DNA from: Candidatus Woesearchaeota archaeon
GTDB lineage: Archaea > Nanobdellota > Nanobdellia > Pacearchaeales > GW2011-AR1
Direction: 5' to 3'
Assembly: GCA_964366325.1 (NCBI GenBank)
Contig: CAYITD010000005.1
Span: forward strand, 8,267 to 72,266
Length of the DNA: 64,000 bases
In this document: in pieces, positions 34,650 to 43,305 of the stretch
Position numbering within the stretch: the stretch's first letter is position 1
Layout of the letters: each line of letters begins with the position of its first letter
The notes under the pieces: generated by a model
Database searches by the model: none
What the model was told of the DNA's origin: nothing
What the model saw: only the letters and a program-made list of their open reading frames with translations
Translations under genes and position numbers: made by a program

Positions 34650-34745
34650 CTATGCAACAACTAAAGAAAAAATTATCTTACTTCTTGTGCTTTCAAGAAT
34701 AAATCTGTTGTTCTTTGTATGTAACCTTCTCTTTTTATTTTTCAT
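34650..34745 (-). pseudogene. 31-codon remnant paralogous to the 5' end of the 31821-34271 surface protein gene
   Basis: MKNKKRRLHTKNNRFILESTRSKIIFSLVVA* versus MVKNRKRGFHTKNNKLILESPQSKIVFSLVV; nucleotide blocks CTTTCAAGAATAA and TTCTTTGTATG are identical. Confidence 0.6.
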
Positions 34746-35009
34746 AATCTAGAGCTTATGATCTACAAGAATCGAACGTTTTTAATTGCATCCTCTTAAA
34801 ACCTTTTCTGTCTAAATGTCAGAGGCCAATACGAATCCCTTTTTATCAACAAACTCTTTGGTTATAGCTTCCTTTTATACCTAATTTTGTCGGTTTCCAT
34901 CTTACAAAATTGTGCCAATTATGTCAACTAGTATCCGACACTTTTTTGGTTATTTAGATACTCTTTAAACAATATTTTCTATTTAATATATAATTGGGTT
35001 GCTTGATTT

Positions 35010-35915
35010 TCACATTCTCTCAAGAATTCTAATTCTTTCATTTATGTCTGGATGCGTTGCAAAAAGACCTGTGATTTTTTTCTTGAAGGGATCGGAGATA
35101 AAAAGAGGAGCCATGGCTTTGGGAGTTTCATGTTTCTTTTTTTCTGGGATAGAATGTTCGTGTTTTATTTTTATCAAAGCGTTCTTTAGACCTGGGGGAT
35201 ACCTGGTAAATTTTACTGCTGTTGCATCTGCTGTAAATTCTCTCTTTCTTGAAATTGCTAATGACACAAGATTTGCTAATAAAGGGGCTAAAATGGAAGC
35301 TAAGACTGCTAAGACAAGCAAAATAGCTCCACCTTTGCCTTCTCTATTGTCTGAATGTGAAAACCAAAGACTACGAAGGAACATTTCACCTAATATTGAT
35401 ATTAAACCTATGATGACTGCAACTAGAGTCATGAATCTTATGTCATAATTAGCTATGTGGGACATCTCATGTGCAATTACTCCTTCAAGTTCTTCTTTAT
35501 TTAGCTTTTCTAAACAACCAGTTGAAGCGCAGATAACCGCATTTTTGGGATCTCTACCTGATGCAAAGGCGTTTATTTGATTTGAATCCATAACATAAAG
35601 CTTTGGCATTGGAAGACCTGAAGCTAGAGACATGTTTTCTGCTGCTCTGAAGAAGTTTTTATGTGAAGAAAGGGAGGCAGGTTTAGCGCCTACGGAAGCT
35701 ATTGCTATTTTTGCAGAATTATAATAGCTAAATAAAATATAACCTATTGAAAATATTATTGAAAAAATCATTATTATGAAAAAGTATGAAGGGTCTATTG
35801 CTAAGGAGATTATTGTACCTAATATTAAAAAGAAAATGAATATTAATCCAATTAGAACAAAGGATTTTAATTTATTCCTAGCTATTTGATCCTGAAAAGT
35901 TAATCTTTCAACCAT
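35010..35915 (-). CDS. htpX: HtpX-like M48 membrane zinc protease
   Basis: HEMSHIANYD (HExxH), TM pairs at the N-terminus and middle, C-terminal ATHPDINERI. Confidence 0.88.
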   Translation of the reverse strand: MVERLTFQDQIARNKLKSFVLIGLIFIFFLILGTIISLAIDPSYFFIIMIFSIIFSIGYILFSYYNSAKIAIASVGAKPASLSSHKNFFRAAENMSLASGLPMPKLYVMDSNQINAFASGRDPKNAVICASTGCLEKLNKEELEGVIAHEMSHIANYDIRFMTLVAVIIGLISILGEMFLRSLWFSHSDNREGKGGAILLVLAVLASILAPLLANLVSLAISRKREFTADATAVKFTRYPPGLKNALIKIKHEHSIPEKKKHETPKAMAPLFISDPFKKKITGLFATHPDINERIRILERM

Positions 35916-35954
35916 TTTATTTTTTAGAAAAACAGACTTTTAAAACTTGTGAAA

Positions 35955-36170
35955 CTATTCAATATTACCTAAAGCTGAGTCTATTCCTGAGAAGACTTCA
36001 TCTGAAGTATTAAGAGAATTATCTTCTAGAGAACTTGGTTGCGTGTTCTGGCCAGAACCTTCTAACTGATTGTTTTGTTCTTGTATGGTTTCTTTATTAA
36101 CGCTCTTGAGATAAACACTTATCCCTACTATTAATAAAATCAAGACTATTATAATTAAAAGTTTCTTCAT
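35955..36170 (-). CDS. small anchored/secreted protein
   Basis: MKKLLIIIVLILLIVGISVYL; ATGA overlap with the stop of the upstream gene. Confidence 0.4.
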   Translation of the reverse strand: MKKLLIIIVLILLIVGISVYLKSVNKETIQEQNNQLEGSGQNTQPSSLEDNSLNTSDEVFSGIDSALGNIE

Positions 36171-36943
36171 ATTATAGAAGACCTCCACATCAGCCTTAGT
36201 TCTTGCATCATTGTCCTTATTTCCTCTTTTGTCTTTCCAGACAATACTGCTTGTTTTATCTCTACGATTTTATCAATTAAGGAAGTAGATTCATCTGCAG
36301 TTATTTTACCTAATTCATTAGCCTTCTCTACTCTTTCCTGTAAATCATATAACATCAACACAACTAAATTTCTGGTTTTGTTTCCTCTGTCTTCTGTTTC
36401 ATTAGTTATCTTCTCTTTAACAAATCCAGAAACTCTTCTAAAGCAAGCATTTTTTTCCTTGTCTTTTAGTTCGAAACAACCAGCGCTTTCCTCATATAAT
36501 CTCTTACATGCCTGAGGGCTTGCTGCTCTTAAACAACCTTCAGGTATTAAGTTTACTTTGGGAACATACTCTTTACCAAGAGCGAGTCTGCATTTTATTC
36601 TGTCTTTTCTTTCACTTAAATCATCACAACTTTTCCTTAAAGTTTTTAGTCTTTCTTTGTATTCCACTTTTAATCTTTCTTTTATCCTTTCCCCTACATT
36701 ACCAGTCTCAAGTTCGTCTGAGGAATCGTCATCTAATTCATCCTCATCCTCGAGATCATCTGAATCAGATGAACTAACAACACTGTTATTTGTCGTTGTG
36801 TTTGTAATTGAAGAATTTGCTCTTATGACTATGTCTGAACCAGAACTGCCTCCGTCACTTGATCCTGCTGAATTAACAAGAGATAATGAGAAAATGAAAA
36901 CTAAGCTTAAAACAAATAAAAGCACACCTACTTTTCTTTCCAT
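36167..36943 (-). CDS. secreted Ser/Asp-rich Cys-containing protein
   Basis: Signal peptide VLLFVLSLVFIFSLSLVNSA, acidic DSDDLEDEDELDDDSSDE tract, 8 Cys in the central part. Confidence 0.45.
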   Translation of the reverse strand: MERKVGVLLFVLSLVFIFSLSLVNSAGSSDGGSSGSDIVIRANSSITNTTTNNSVVSSSDSDDLEDEDELDDDSSDELETGNVGERIKERLKVEYKERLKTLRKSCDDLSERKDRIKCRLALGKEYVPKVNLIPEGCLRAASPQACKRLYEESAGCFELKDKEKNACFRRVSGFVKEKITNETEDRGNKTRNLVVLMLYDLQERVEKANELGKITADESTSLIDKIVEIKQAVLSGKTKEEIRTMMQELRLMWRSSII

Positions 36944-36987
36944 ATATTTTCTAGGAGAAAACCATTTAAAAACATGTCGTTTGGAGA

Positions 36988-37563
36988 TCAGAAATTAACT
37001 TTGGGGACTGCTCTTGATTCTTCCGGTATTTTTAGATATTGCTTTTCCTTTTTGCCATAAACTCCTGCAAATAAATTACCTGGAAAAGATTCGCACATAT
37101 TGTTGAATGTTAAGATTGAATCGTTATAATACTGTCTGGAATACGCAATTCTTTCCTCTATCGAAGCTAACTCTTGCTGCAACTGAAGAAAGTTTTCATT
37201 AGCTTTTAATTGAGGATAATTTTCTGCAATTGCAAACACTGATTTCAAAGCATCCTGAAGCTCAGCTCCAGCCTTCATTTTCCCAGGAAGATTTTTTGCA
37301 GATAATAGATGTTTTCTTGCTTCTGTAACTTCTTTCATTACTTCCTTTTCATGTTTTACATAACCTTTAACTGTGTTTATTAAATTAGGAACTAAATCTG
37401 CACGTTTTCTTAGTTGGACATCAATTTGAGACAGAGAATTGTCTACTCTATTTTCCATTACAACGAAACGGTTGTAATAAAAGATAAACATGGTCAAGAC
37501 TAAGATTATTAGTGCAATTAAGAACCATAATACAAATAACATATTGGTGTTAATGAAATTCAT
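36988..37563 (-). CDS. lemA: LemA family protein
   Basis: N-terminal TM, YNRFVVMENRVDNSLSQIDVQLRKRADLVPNLINTVKGY, AENYPQLKANENF. Confidence 0.85.
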   Translation of the reverse strand: MNFINTNMLFVLWFLIALIILVLTMFIFYYNRFVVMENRVDNSLSQIDVQLRKRADLVPNLINTVKGYVKHEKEVMKEVTEARKHLLSAKNLPGKMKAGAELQDALKSVFAIAENYPQLKANENFLQLQQELASIEERIAYSRQYYNDSILTFNNMCESFPGNLFAGVYGKKEKQYLKIPEESRAVPKVNF

Positions 37564-37582
37564 TTTATAAAACTTTCTTTAT

Positions 37583-37936
37583 TTACGCTTGTAACCTGCT
37601 TCTCGAAGAATCTATTTTTTCCCTTAATTCCTCTTTTGGAGGATAAGTAAACCTGCTATCGATCGTGTTTAAATAAACTATTTCAGGACCACTTGGTTCA
37701 AATTGGAGAAAATATAATAAAACTGAAAGTCTCCTTAGAGATTTTTCAGGATCATTTGGAGTTCCAGTTGTGCCATAAACTAACCCTCGTCCTACTGCAC
37801 TTATATAATCCGCAGCAGAAACAGACGAACCGTATTCGAGAACTTGATGAAGAATGTCTGCTAAGTTTTTAGTAGATCCTCTTTCCCCGACTTTTAGCTT
37901 GATTCTTTCTCCTAAAGAACTTAGTGTTAAAGTCAT
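37583..37936 (-). CDS. hypothetical protein (orphan)
   Basis: 117-aa ORF, no motif recognised. Confidence 0.35.
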   Translation of the reverse strand: MTLTLSSLGERIKLKVGERGSTKNLADILHQVLEYGSSVSAADYISAVGRGLVYGTTGTPNDPEKSLRRLSVLLYFLQFEPSGPEIVYLNTIDSRFTYPPKEELREKIDSSRSRLQA

Positions 37937-38004
37937 AAAATTTTAAGATTGAAAACACTATATAAAGATTTATAATGCATAGGAAATATGTTTAAAATAA
38001 TAAG

Positions 38005-38121
38005 ATGGATAAGAGAAAAAAACTTTTGTTGACTTTTGTTTTTATTATAATTTTAATAGCTTCTATGTATTTTTTTACTGATTGGTTTTCTAAGTATACT
38101 GGTTATTTTTTAAGAGATTGA
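38005..38121 (+). CDS. possible 38-aa membrane peptide
   Basis: MDKRKKLLLTFVFIIILIASMYFFTDWFSKYTGYFLRD; below the ORF-track cutoff; basic N-terminus plus one TM. Confidence 0.25.
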   Translation: MDKRKKLLLTFVFIIILIASMYFFTDWFSKYTGYFLRD

Positions 38122-38172
38122 AAAGTTCTGCAAGGGAAATAGGGTATAAATGTTTAAATAGTATTTATTTTA

Positions 38173-38547
38173 GTGAAATTTATGTTGAGATGGGTTGCGA
38201 ATAGATTAGCTGGAAGAAGAAAGACAATAGATGAACAAGTAGAAAATACTTATCGAGCTGTCAGTATTATTGGATCGTTACCTGCGGATTTTAGTATAGG
38301 TATTGCTACTAGGGATATTGCTACTAACCATGCTTCTCCTAAAGAAGTGATTGATTATTTGAGGGAGACACTTAGAGATACGGCAGGTTATGCTAACACT
38401 GGATCACATACAGTATATGTTGGTGAAACGGATGAAAAGCACTATATGGCGCTTTCTTCATCTAGAGTAATTGGTGTTTTTGGCGGAGAAAAATACTTAG
38501 ATCAACCTCATAATAGAGTTGAATTAGAATTTGTTGTTAAAAAATAA
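38173..38547 (+). CDS. hypothetical protein (orphan)
   Basis: 124-aa ORF (GTG start; ATG at 38182); GGTATAAATG about 28 nt upstream. Confidence 0.35.
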   Translation: MKFMLRWVANRLAGRRKTIDEQVENTYRAVSIIGSLPADFSIGIATRDIATNHASPKEVIDYLRETLRDTAGYANTGSHTVYVGETDEKHYMALSSSRVIGVFGGEKYLDQPHNRVELEFVVKK

Positions 38548-38615
38548 AAAAAAGAAATTAGAAATTTATTCCCACAAAAACATAAATTTAAAAACCTTAT
38601 TTAAGACTTTAGGAT

Positions 38616-38813
38616 ATGATAATTCCGGTTAGATGTATGGGATGTGGAAAGCCTATTGGGCATTTGTGGGAAGACTATAAGAGAAGAGTTGACTCTGGTG
38701 AAGATGCGAAGAAAGTTCTTGATGAATTAGGTTTGGAAAGGTATTGTTGCAGAGCCACTTTATTGGGACATGCAGATATGCTTCCTGAAATTACAAAGTT
38801 CAAAAAAGCTTAA
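38616..38813 (+). CDS. rpoN: DNA-directed RNA polymerase subunit N (Rpo10)
   Basis: MIIPVRCMGCGKPIG..YCCRATLLGH zinc-bundle pattern. Confidence 0.92.
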   Translation: MIIPVRCMGCGKPIGHLWEDYKRRVDSGEDAKKVLDELGLERYCCRATLLGHADMLPEITKFKKA

Positions 38814-39033
38814 TGCACTTTCTTTAAACAAAAATGTAAGTTTTTGATTGGCCAAGAAAACTTTGTTCTGTTTATGTACTGAAGTCAACAAGATGTGAAA
38901 AACTAAGAGATTATCAGTTAAAAAACCCTAAGTCTTCCATTAGTGAAAACTTAATAAATTGTATTATTGAATCCAGATAAGACATAATGAGGTTTATCAT
39001 TTTAGGTTTTTAAAAATTTAGAAGAATCAAAAC

Positions 39034-40317
39034 TTAAGCTTTTGGTTTTATCTCTATGCATACGCCAGCAGCTACGGTTGAACCAGCATCTCTTATTGCA
39101 AATCTTGACATATGTGGATTCACAGCTTGAGTTTCTAAAACGAGATTTCCTATTGGCTTTAGTCTAACCTTTGCAACTTCTCCGTTCTTCAAAAAGTCTG
39201 GATTTGGAGTTTTTGTTCCATCTGGACTTGTCTTTTCTATTAATTCGATAAACTGGCATGGAACTTGAGCAGTATGGACATGGAAAACTGGAGTATATCC
39301 CTTAGCTATAACGGTAGGATGTGAAATAACTGCTATTTGTGCAACGAATTCATCGACTACTTTTGGTTGATCCTTGATATCACAAAGAACGTCCCCTCTC
39401 GCAACATCTTTCTTTCCTATTCCTCTAATGTTAACTCCAACGTTGTCTCCTGGTTCAGCTTCGCTAAGAACTTCGTGGTGCATTTCTATTGTTTTTACTT
39501 CACCCTCTATTCCTTTTCCTGTTCTTCCAGGTAAAATTATAATCTTTTGATTTTGCCTCATAATACCAGTTTCTATTTTTCCAACTGGAACTGTTCCTAT
39601 ACCTTTAATTTCATAAGCGTCTTGAATTGGCATTCTCAAAGGTAAATTGGTAGGTTTCTCAGGCAACTTAAATAAATCAAGTTGTTCTAACAAAGTAGGT
39701 CCCTTATACCAAGACATTTTGTCGGACTTCTTTGAAAGATTTTCCCCTTTGAATCCAGAAATAGGAATGTAAGCCATTTCATCAACCTTGTATCCTGCTT
39801 GCTTCAACACGGCTTTAACATCGTTAACAACTCTCTTGTATTCATCTTCTTTATATTCTACAGTATCCATCTTATTAATTAGAACAGCTACATCGTTAAC
39901 ACCCATAGTTTTTAACAACCAAACGTGTTCTTTGGTTTGTGGTTGAACTCCCGCACCTGAACCTGCAGCAACGACAAGGAAAGCAGCGTCGGCCTGACTA
40001 GCTCCAGTAATCATGTTTTTAATGAAGTCTCTGTGACCAGGAGCATCTATAATTGTAACTTCATATTTATTAGTGATTAATTTTTCATAAGAAAGATCTA
40101 TTGTAACTCCTCTTTCTCTTTCTTCTTTGAATCTGTCCATGTAATAAGCAAATTCAAATCCAACTTTCCCATGTTTCTGAGCTTCTTCCTTTAACTTATC
40201 TAGCTTCTGCTGGGTCAAGTTACCTGCTTGAAACATTAAGTGACCTATAGTTGTACTCTTACCGTGATCTACGTGACCAACGAAAGCAACGTTAATTATT
40301 GGTTTTGTTTTTGCCAT
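39034..40317 (-). CDS. tuf: translation elongation factor 1-alpha
   Basis: GHVDHGKST, DAPGHRDF, NKMD, full three-domain length 427 aa. Confidence 0.97.
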   Translation of the reverse strand: MAKTKPIINVAFVGHVDHGKSTTIGHLMFQAGNLTQQKLDKLKEEAQKHGKVGFEFAYYMDRFKEERERGVTIDLSYEKLITNKYEVTIIDAPGHRDFIKNMITGASQADAAFLVVAAGSGAGVQPQTKEHVWLLKTMGVNDVAVLINKMDTVEYKEDEYKRVVNDVKAVLKQAGYKVDEMAYIPISGFKGENLSKKSDKMSWYKGPTLLEQLDLFKLPEKPTNLPLRMPIQDAYEIKGIGTVPVGKIETGIMRQNQKIIILPGRTGKGIEGEVKTIEMHHEVLSEAEPGDNVGVNIRGIGKKDVARGDVLCDIKDQPKVVDEFVAQIAVISHPTVIAKGYTPVFHVHTAQVPCQFIELIEKTSPDGTKTPNPDFLKNGEVAKVRLKPIGNLVLETQAVNPHMSRFAIRDAGSTVAAGVCIEIKPKA

Positions 40318-40437
40318 TTTAGCCTTGTAATATGAGGTTATTTTACTCTATATTTAAACTTTTCGTTTTTGTAAAATTATAACTCCGTCGAGAAATTAAT
40401 TTGTGGACTATTGAAGTGTAAAGAGAAATAAAAAAGA

Positions 40438-40624
40438 CATAGCCTCGCCAGCTCACGAGATTGCAATCTCGGATCCTCTAACATTTAACATGTTTGGAGT
40501 GATTCAAACCTTCCAGGTTCGAAGAGATAGCCTCGCCAGTCTGAAGAAATCTAACAATTAATTTCTTGGCACTGTCGATGCTAATTTTATCTCGTTTCAC
40601 TCGATAATAACATAGCCTCGCCAG
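40438..40624. repeat. three direct copies of the tRNA-Gln 3' end (ATAGCCTCGCCAG), about 85-89 nt apart
   Basis: Identical 13-mer at 40439-40451, 40527-40539 and 40612-40624 (the last is the acceptor/T-stem end of tRNA-Gln); perfect 16-nt palindrome CGAGATTGCAATCTCG inside the first spacer. Confidence 0.75.
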
Positions 40625-40712
40625 GATTCGAACCTGGGTCATGGGAGTTCTCTTACAGCACTAAAGCACATTAACCAGAGTCCCATATCCTAGACCGCTA
40701 GACGACAAGGCT
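40613..40712 (-). tRNA. tRNA-Gln (CUG anticodon) with 27-nt intron at 37/38
   Basis: A1-U72 acceptor AGCCTTG/CGAGGCT, anticodon stem TGGGA/TCCCA, loop CTCTGG^..^C; intron at 40648-40674; 4-bp helix CTCT/AGAG flanked by 3-nt bulges; T-arm CCAGGTTCGAATCCTGG. Confidence 0.8.
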
Positions 40713-40764
40713 ATGCAATGGTGAAAATAAATTTAGTTTTAAATGTTTTTGTTTGAAGGCAAAA

Positions 40765-42480
40765 TCAATCTTTCTCATGAATAATATCGTGATGTCCCTG
40801 TTTTCTTCTGGCTTTAAGTTCTTCAATATTCTTCAGTCCTTCACGGACGAAGTTTTCCTTGGCAAAGAGGTTTTCTTCTATTAAATTTGAAGTATAAGTT
40901 CCTCCAAGGAAATGTGGAAGAACAACATAAGTTGCTCCTGAGCTATAAAGCTTCAAAGCATCTTCAATTCCATGAGATACTGCGATTATTATTGCTTCTT
41001 TGTTTACTGCGTGAATCTTTTTTACTAATAGTATATTTGTTTCAAAATCTGGAATAGTAGAAACTATCATCTTTGCATTTCTTAATGGCAAGTCTTGCAA
41101 CAATTCAATATCTTCTGCATCCCCATATTGACAATTTATTCCTGATTTTGCCAAGTTCAAAATAATTTCTGGATTGTTATCAACAATTAAGAATCTTTTT
41201 TTTATATTTTTGAAAGATTTAACTAAACTGTAACCTATCCTATTATATCCGAAAAGGAGTATGTCATAATCTTCCCCCCTATAGAACTTACCTTCATCCT
41301 TCTTTAATCCCTTGCGTTCAAAACAATTAAGATAGGGGGCGAAAAAATGATATAGTTTATTTCCATATGGAACAAAATAAGCTGAACCTCCCATGGTTAT
41401 TAGTCCTATCAAAGTCATTATAGAAAGTATCTCTGGAGAAAGATGATTTAATTTTATACCTAGAGTTATGAGTATAAATGAAAATTCACTTATCTGAGAG
41501 ACAGTCAGACCTGCAAGAAAACCGTTTCTTTTTGTGTATCCTAAACGACCCATTAAAAACATAACAATTATTGGATTTCCTATAAATATCAAGAGCGAGA
41601 AGATTATTATTGGAATGTGCATTCCAGATAGTGAAGAAAAAGAAAGCTGAGAACCTAGAAGTATGAAAAACAACAAAAGGAAGAAGTCACGAAGGGGCTT
41701 CATTCTAGAGCCTATTTCATATCTAAACGGGGAAATAGACAAAGAAATTCCTGCCAACAAAGCACCTATTTCCATTGAGAAACCTATGTAGTCAAAGAAA
41801 CTACCTAGTGCAAATGCCCAGCCTATTGAGAACAGCAACAAAAGCTCTTGATTCTTCGCAACCTTCCTTGTTATTCGCGGTAATATATAAAAACTTATCA
41901 AAAACAAAATTATAATGGATCCTGCGCCTATACTAAACTTTTCAAATGCGAAAGAAGAAAAACTTCCTGAGTTGGAAAGCGAAGAAACAAACATTAAAAT
42001 CAAAATTGCAATTATATCTTGTACTATTAAGAAGCCTATTGAGATTTTACCATAAAGAGTAGAGATATCTCCCTTATCTGATAACAATTTCATGATAATT
42101 ATTGTTGAACTAAATGAAATTGCTAAAGCTATGTAGGCTGAAGTTATCCAGTTGAAATGTAAAAACAGTCCTATAAAAAAACCTAAAATAAAAGTGAAAA
42201 TTATCTGACCTACACCTGTAATTAAGGAGACTAAGCCTACTTCTTTAATGACTTTCGGGTCTAAATTTAAACCAACCATGAACATTAAAACTGCGACACC
42301 CATTTGTGCAAAAGTAGATATTTGATTTACGTCCCCTAATAAGTTAAGAAAGTGTGGACTTACTATTACTCCAGCCAATATGTAAGCGACAATCAATGGC
42401 TGTTTTAATAAACGAATTATTGAAGAAACTAAAAATGCAACTATGATTATCAAACTCAAACTGATAAATGTTGATTCCAT
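40765..42480 (-). CDS. Kef-type (CPA2) cation:proton antiporter with C-terminal RCK/TrkA-N domain
   Basis: About 12 TM N-terminal part; ILLFGYNRIGYSLV Rossmann-like start of the RCK domain. Confidence 0.85.
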   Translation of the reverse strand: MESTFISLSLIIIVAFLVSSIIRLLKQPLIVAYILAGVIVSPHFLNLLGDVNQISTFAQMGVAVLMFMVGLNLDPKVIKEVGLVSLITGVGQIIFTFILGFFIGLFLHFNWITSAYIALAISFSSTIIIMKLLSDKGDISTLYGKISIGFLIVQDIIAILILMFVSSLSNSGSFSSFAFEKFSIGAGSIIILFLISFYILPRITRKVAKNQELLLLFSIGWAFALGSFFDYIGFSMEIGALLAGISLSISPFRYEIGSRMKPLRDFFLLLFFILLGSQLSFSSLSGMHIPIIIFSLLIFIGNPIIVMFLMGRLGYTKRNGFLAGLTVSQISEFSFILITLGIKLNHLSPEILSIMTLIGLITMGGSAYFVPYGNKLYHFFAPYLNCFERKGLKKDEGKFYRGEDYDILLFGYNRIGYSLVKSFKNIKKRFLIVDNNPEIILNLAKSGINCQYGDAEDIELLQDLPLRNAKMIVSTIPDFETNILLVKKIHAVNKEAIIIAVSHGIEDALKLYSSGATYVVLPHFLGGTYTSNLIEENLFAKENFVREGLKNIEELKARRKQGHHDIIHEKD

Positions 42481-42596
42481 TCTTCACCTCTTTTTAATAC
42501 AAGAAAGAAGCATATTTAAAGTTTAACGATAAATCCTTTGTTGAGACAAATAGAAGCGTTTTTATATTTAATCATCTCTAGATTTATTGAGGAAAG

Positions 42597-42911
42597 ATGA
42601 ATTGGATAATAGTTGCGGGTATCGTAGTTGTATTGTATGTGTTATTTATGTTTAAAATGAACAACTTTAGAACTAAAGTTGCTTTTATATTTATATTTCT
42701 CGGGGTTTGTTTTGTTTTGATGACAGCTTATTATGTTCTTTCTGATAATAAACCTGATTTGTCAAATATAGATGGATGGACACAAAGCGGTAAAGTGTAC
42801 TTTTCATGGCTTACTAATGCTTTTAGCAGCGCTTTTAAAGTAACTGGCGATGCAATAAAAGAAATTGGAGGAAATGTAGCGAAAAACTCTACAAATATTA
42901 CGAGAAAATGA
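42597..42911 (+). CDS. hypothetical membrane protein
   Basis: 104 aa, two TM segments; ATGA overlap with the next ORF. Confidence 0.4.
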   Translation: MNWIIVAGIVVVLYVLFMFKMNNFRTKVAFIFIFLGVCFVLMTAYYVLSDNKPDLSNIDGWTQSGKVYFSWLTNAFSSAFKVTGDAIKEIGGNVAKNSTNITRK

Positions 42912-43165
42912 AGATAGGAATATTTATAGTTAAATTTGTTTTTATTGGCATGTTGTTCATAGTTAGTACGGAGAATCTTTATATGAAAAATGCTGAAGAT
43001 AGAGCAACTTTTGCTGGCCAGGTTTATAATTGGGTAGGGGAACTTTTCTCACACGTTTGGCAGATAACTGGTTTCGTTGTAAACTCTGAATGGTTGCCTA
43101 AAGATATGAATGAAAGTAAAAGCTCTTTTGAAGATAGTTTGAAAATTACAAGCAAACTATCTTGA
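42908..43165 (+). CDS. hypothetical membrane protein
   Basis: 85 aa, N-terminal TM. Confidence 0.35.
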   Translation: MKIGIFIVKFVFIGMLFIVSTENLYMKNAEDRATFAGQVYNWVGELFSHVWQITGFVVNSEWLPKDMNESKSSFEDSLKITSKLS

Positions 43166-43203
43166 TCGGAGTGATCTATAGATAATCCTGTTTTGCGTGA
43201 CAT

Positions 43204-43305
43204 AATAAAAATCCCAACCTCAGCAAGCTGTGGGGTATTTTTAAGCCTCAAACTGAGACTGATCGTGGAAGCTGCGGAGTATTAATTCAGTTCGAGCAAT
43301 CAACA
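43204..43305 (+). repeat. intergenic hairpin repeat family, two-module copy (copy D)
   Basis: AAAAATCCCAACCTCAGCAAGCTGTGGGGTATTTTT hairpin, 25-nt core at 43237-43261, then GTGGAAGCTGCGGAGTATTAATTCAGTTCGAGCAATCA. Confidence 0.8.

Noticed and set aside
40452-40610. Spacers between the tRNA-Gln 3'-end repeats as split-tRNA 3' halves (Nanoarchaeum-style)
   Set aside because: No T-arm directly precedes the repeated acceptor segment. No anticodon-stem strand or complementary leader could be built, and the T-loop-like fragment does not form a stem.
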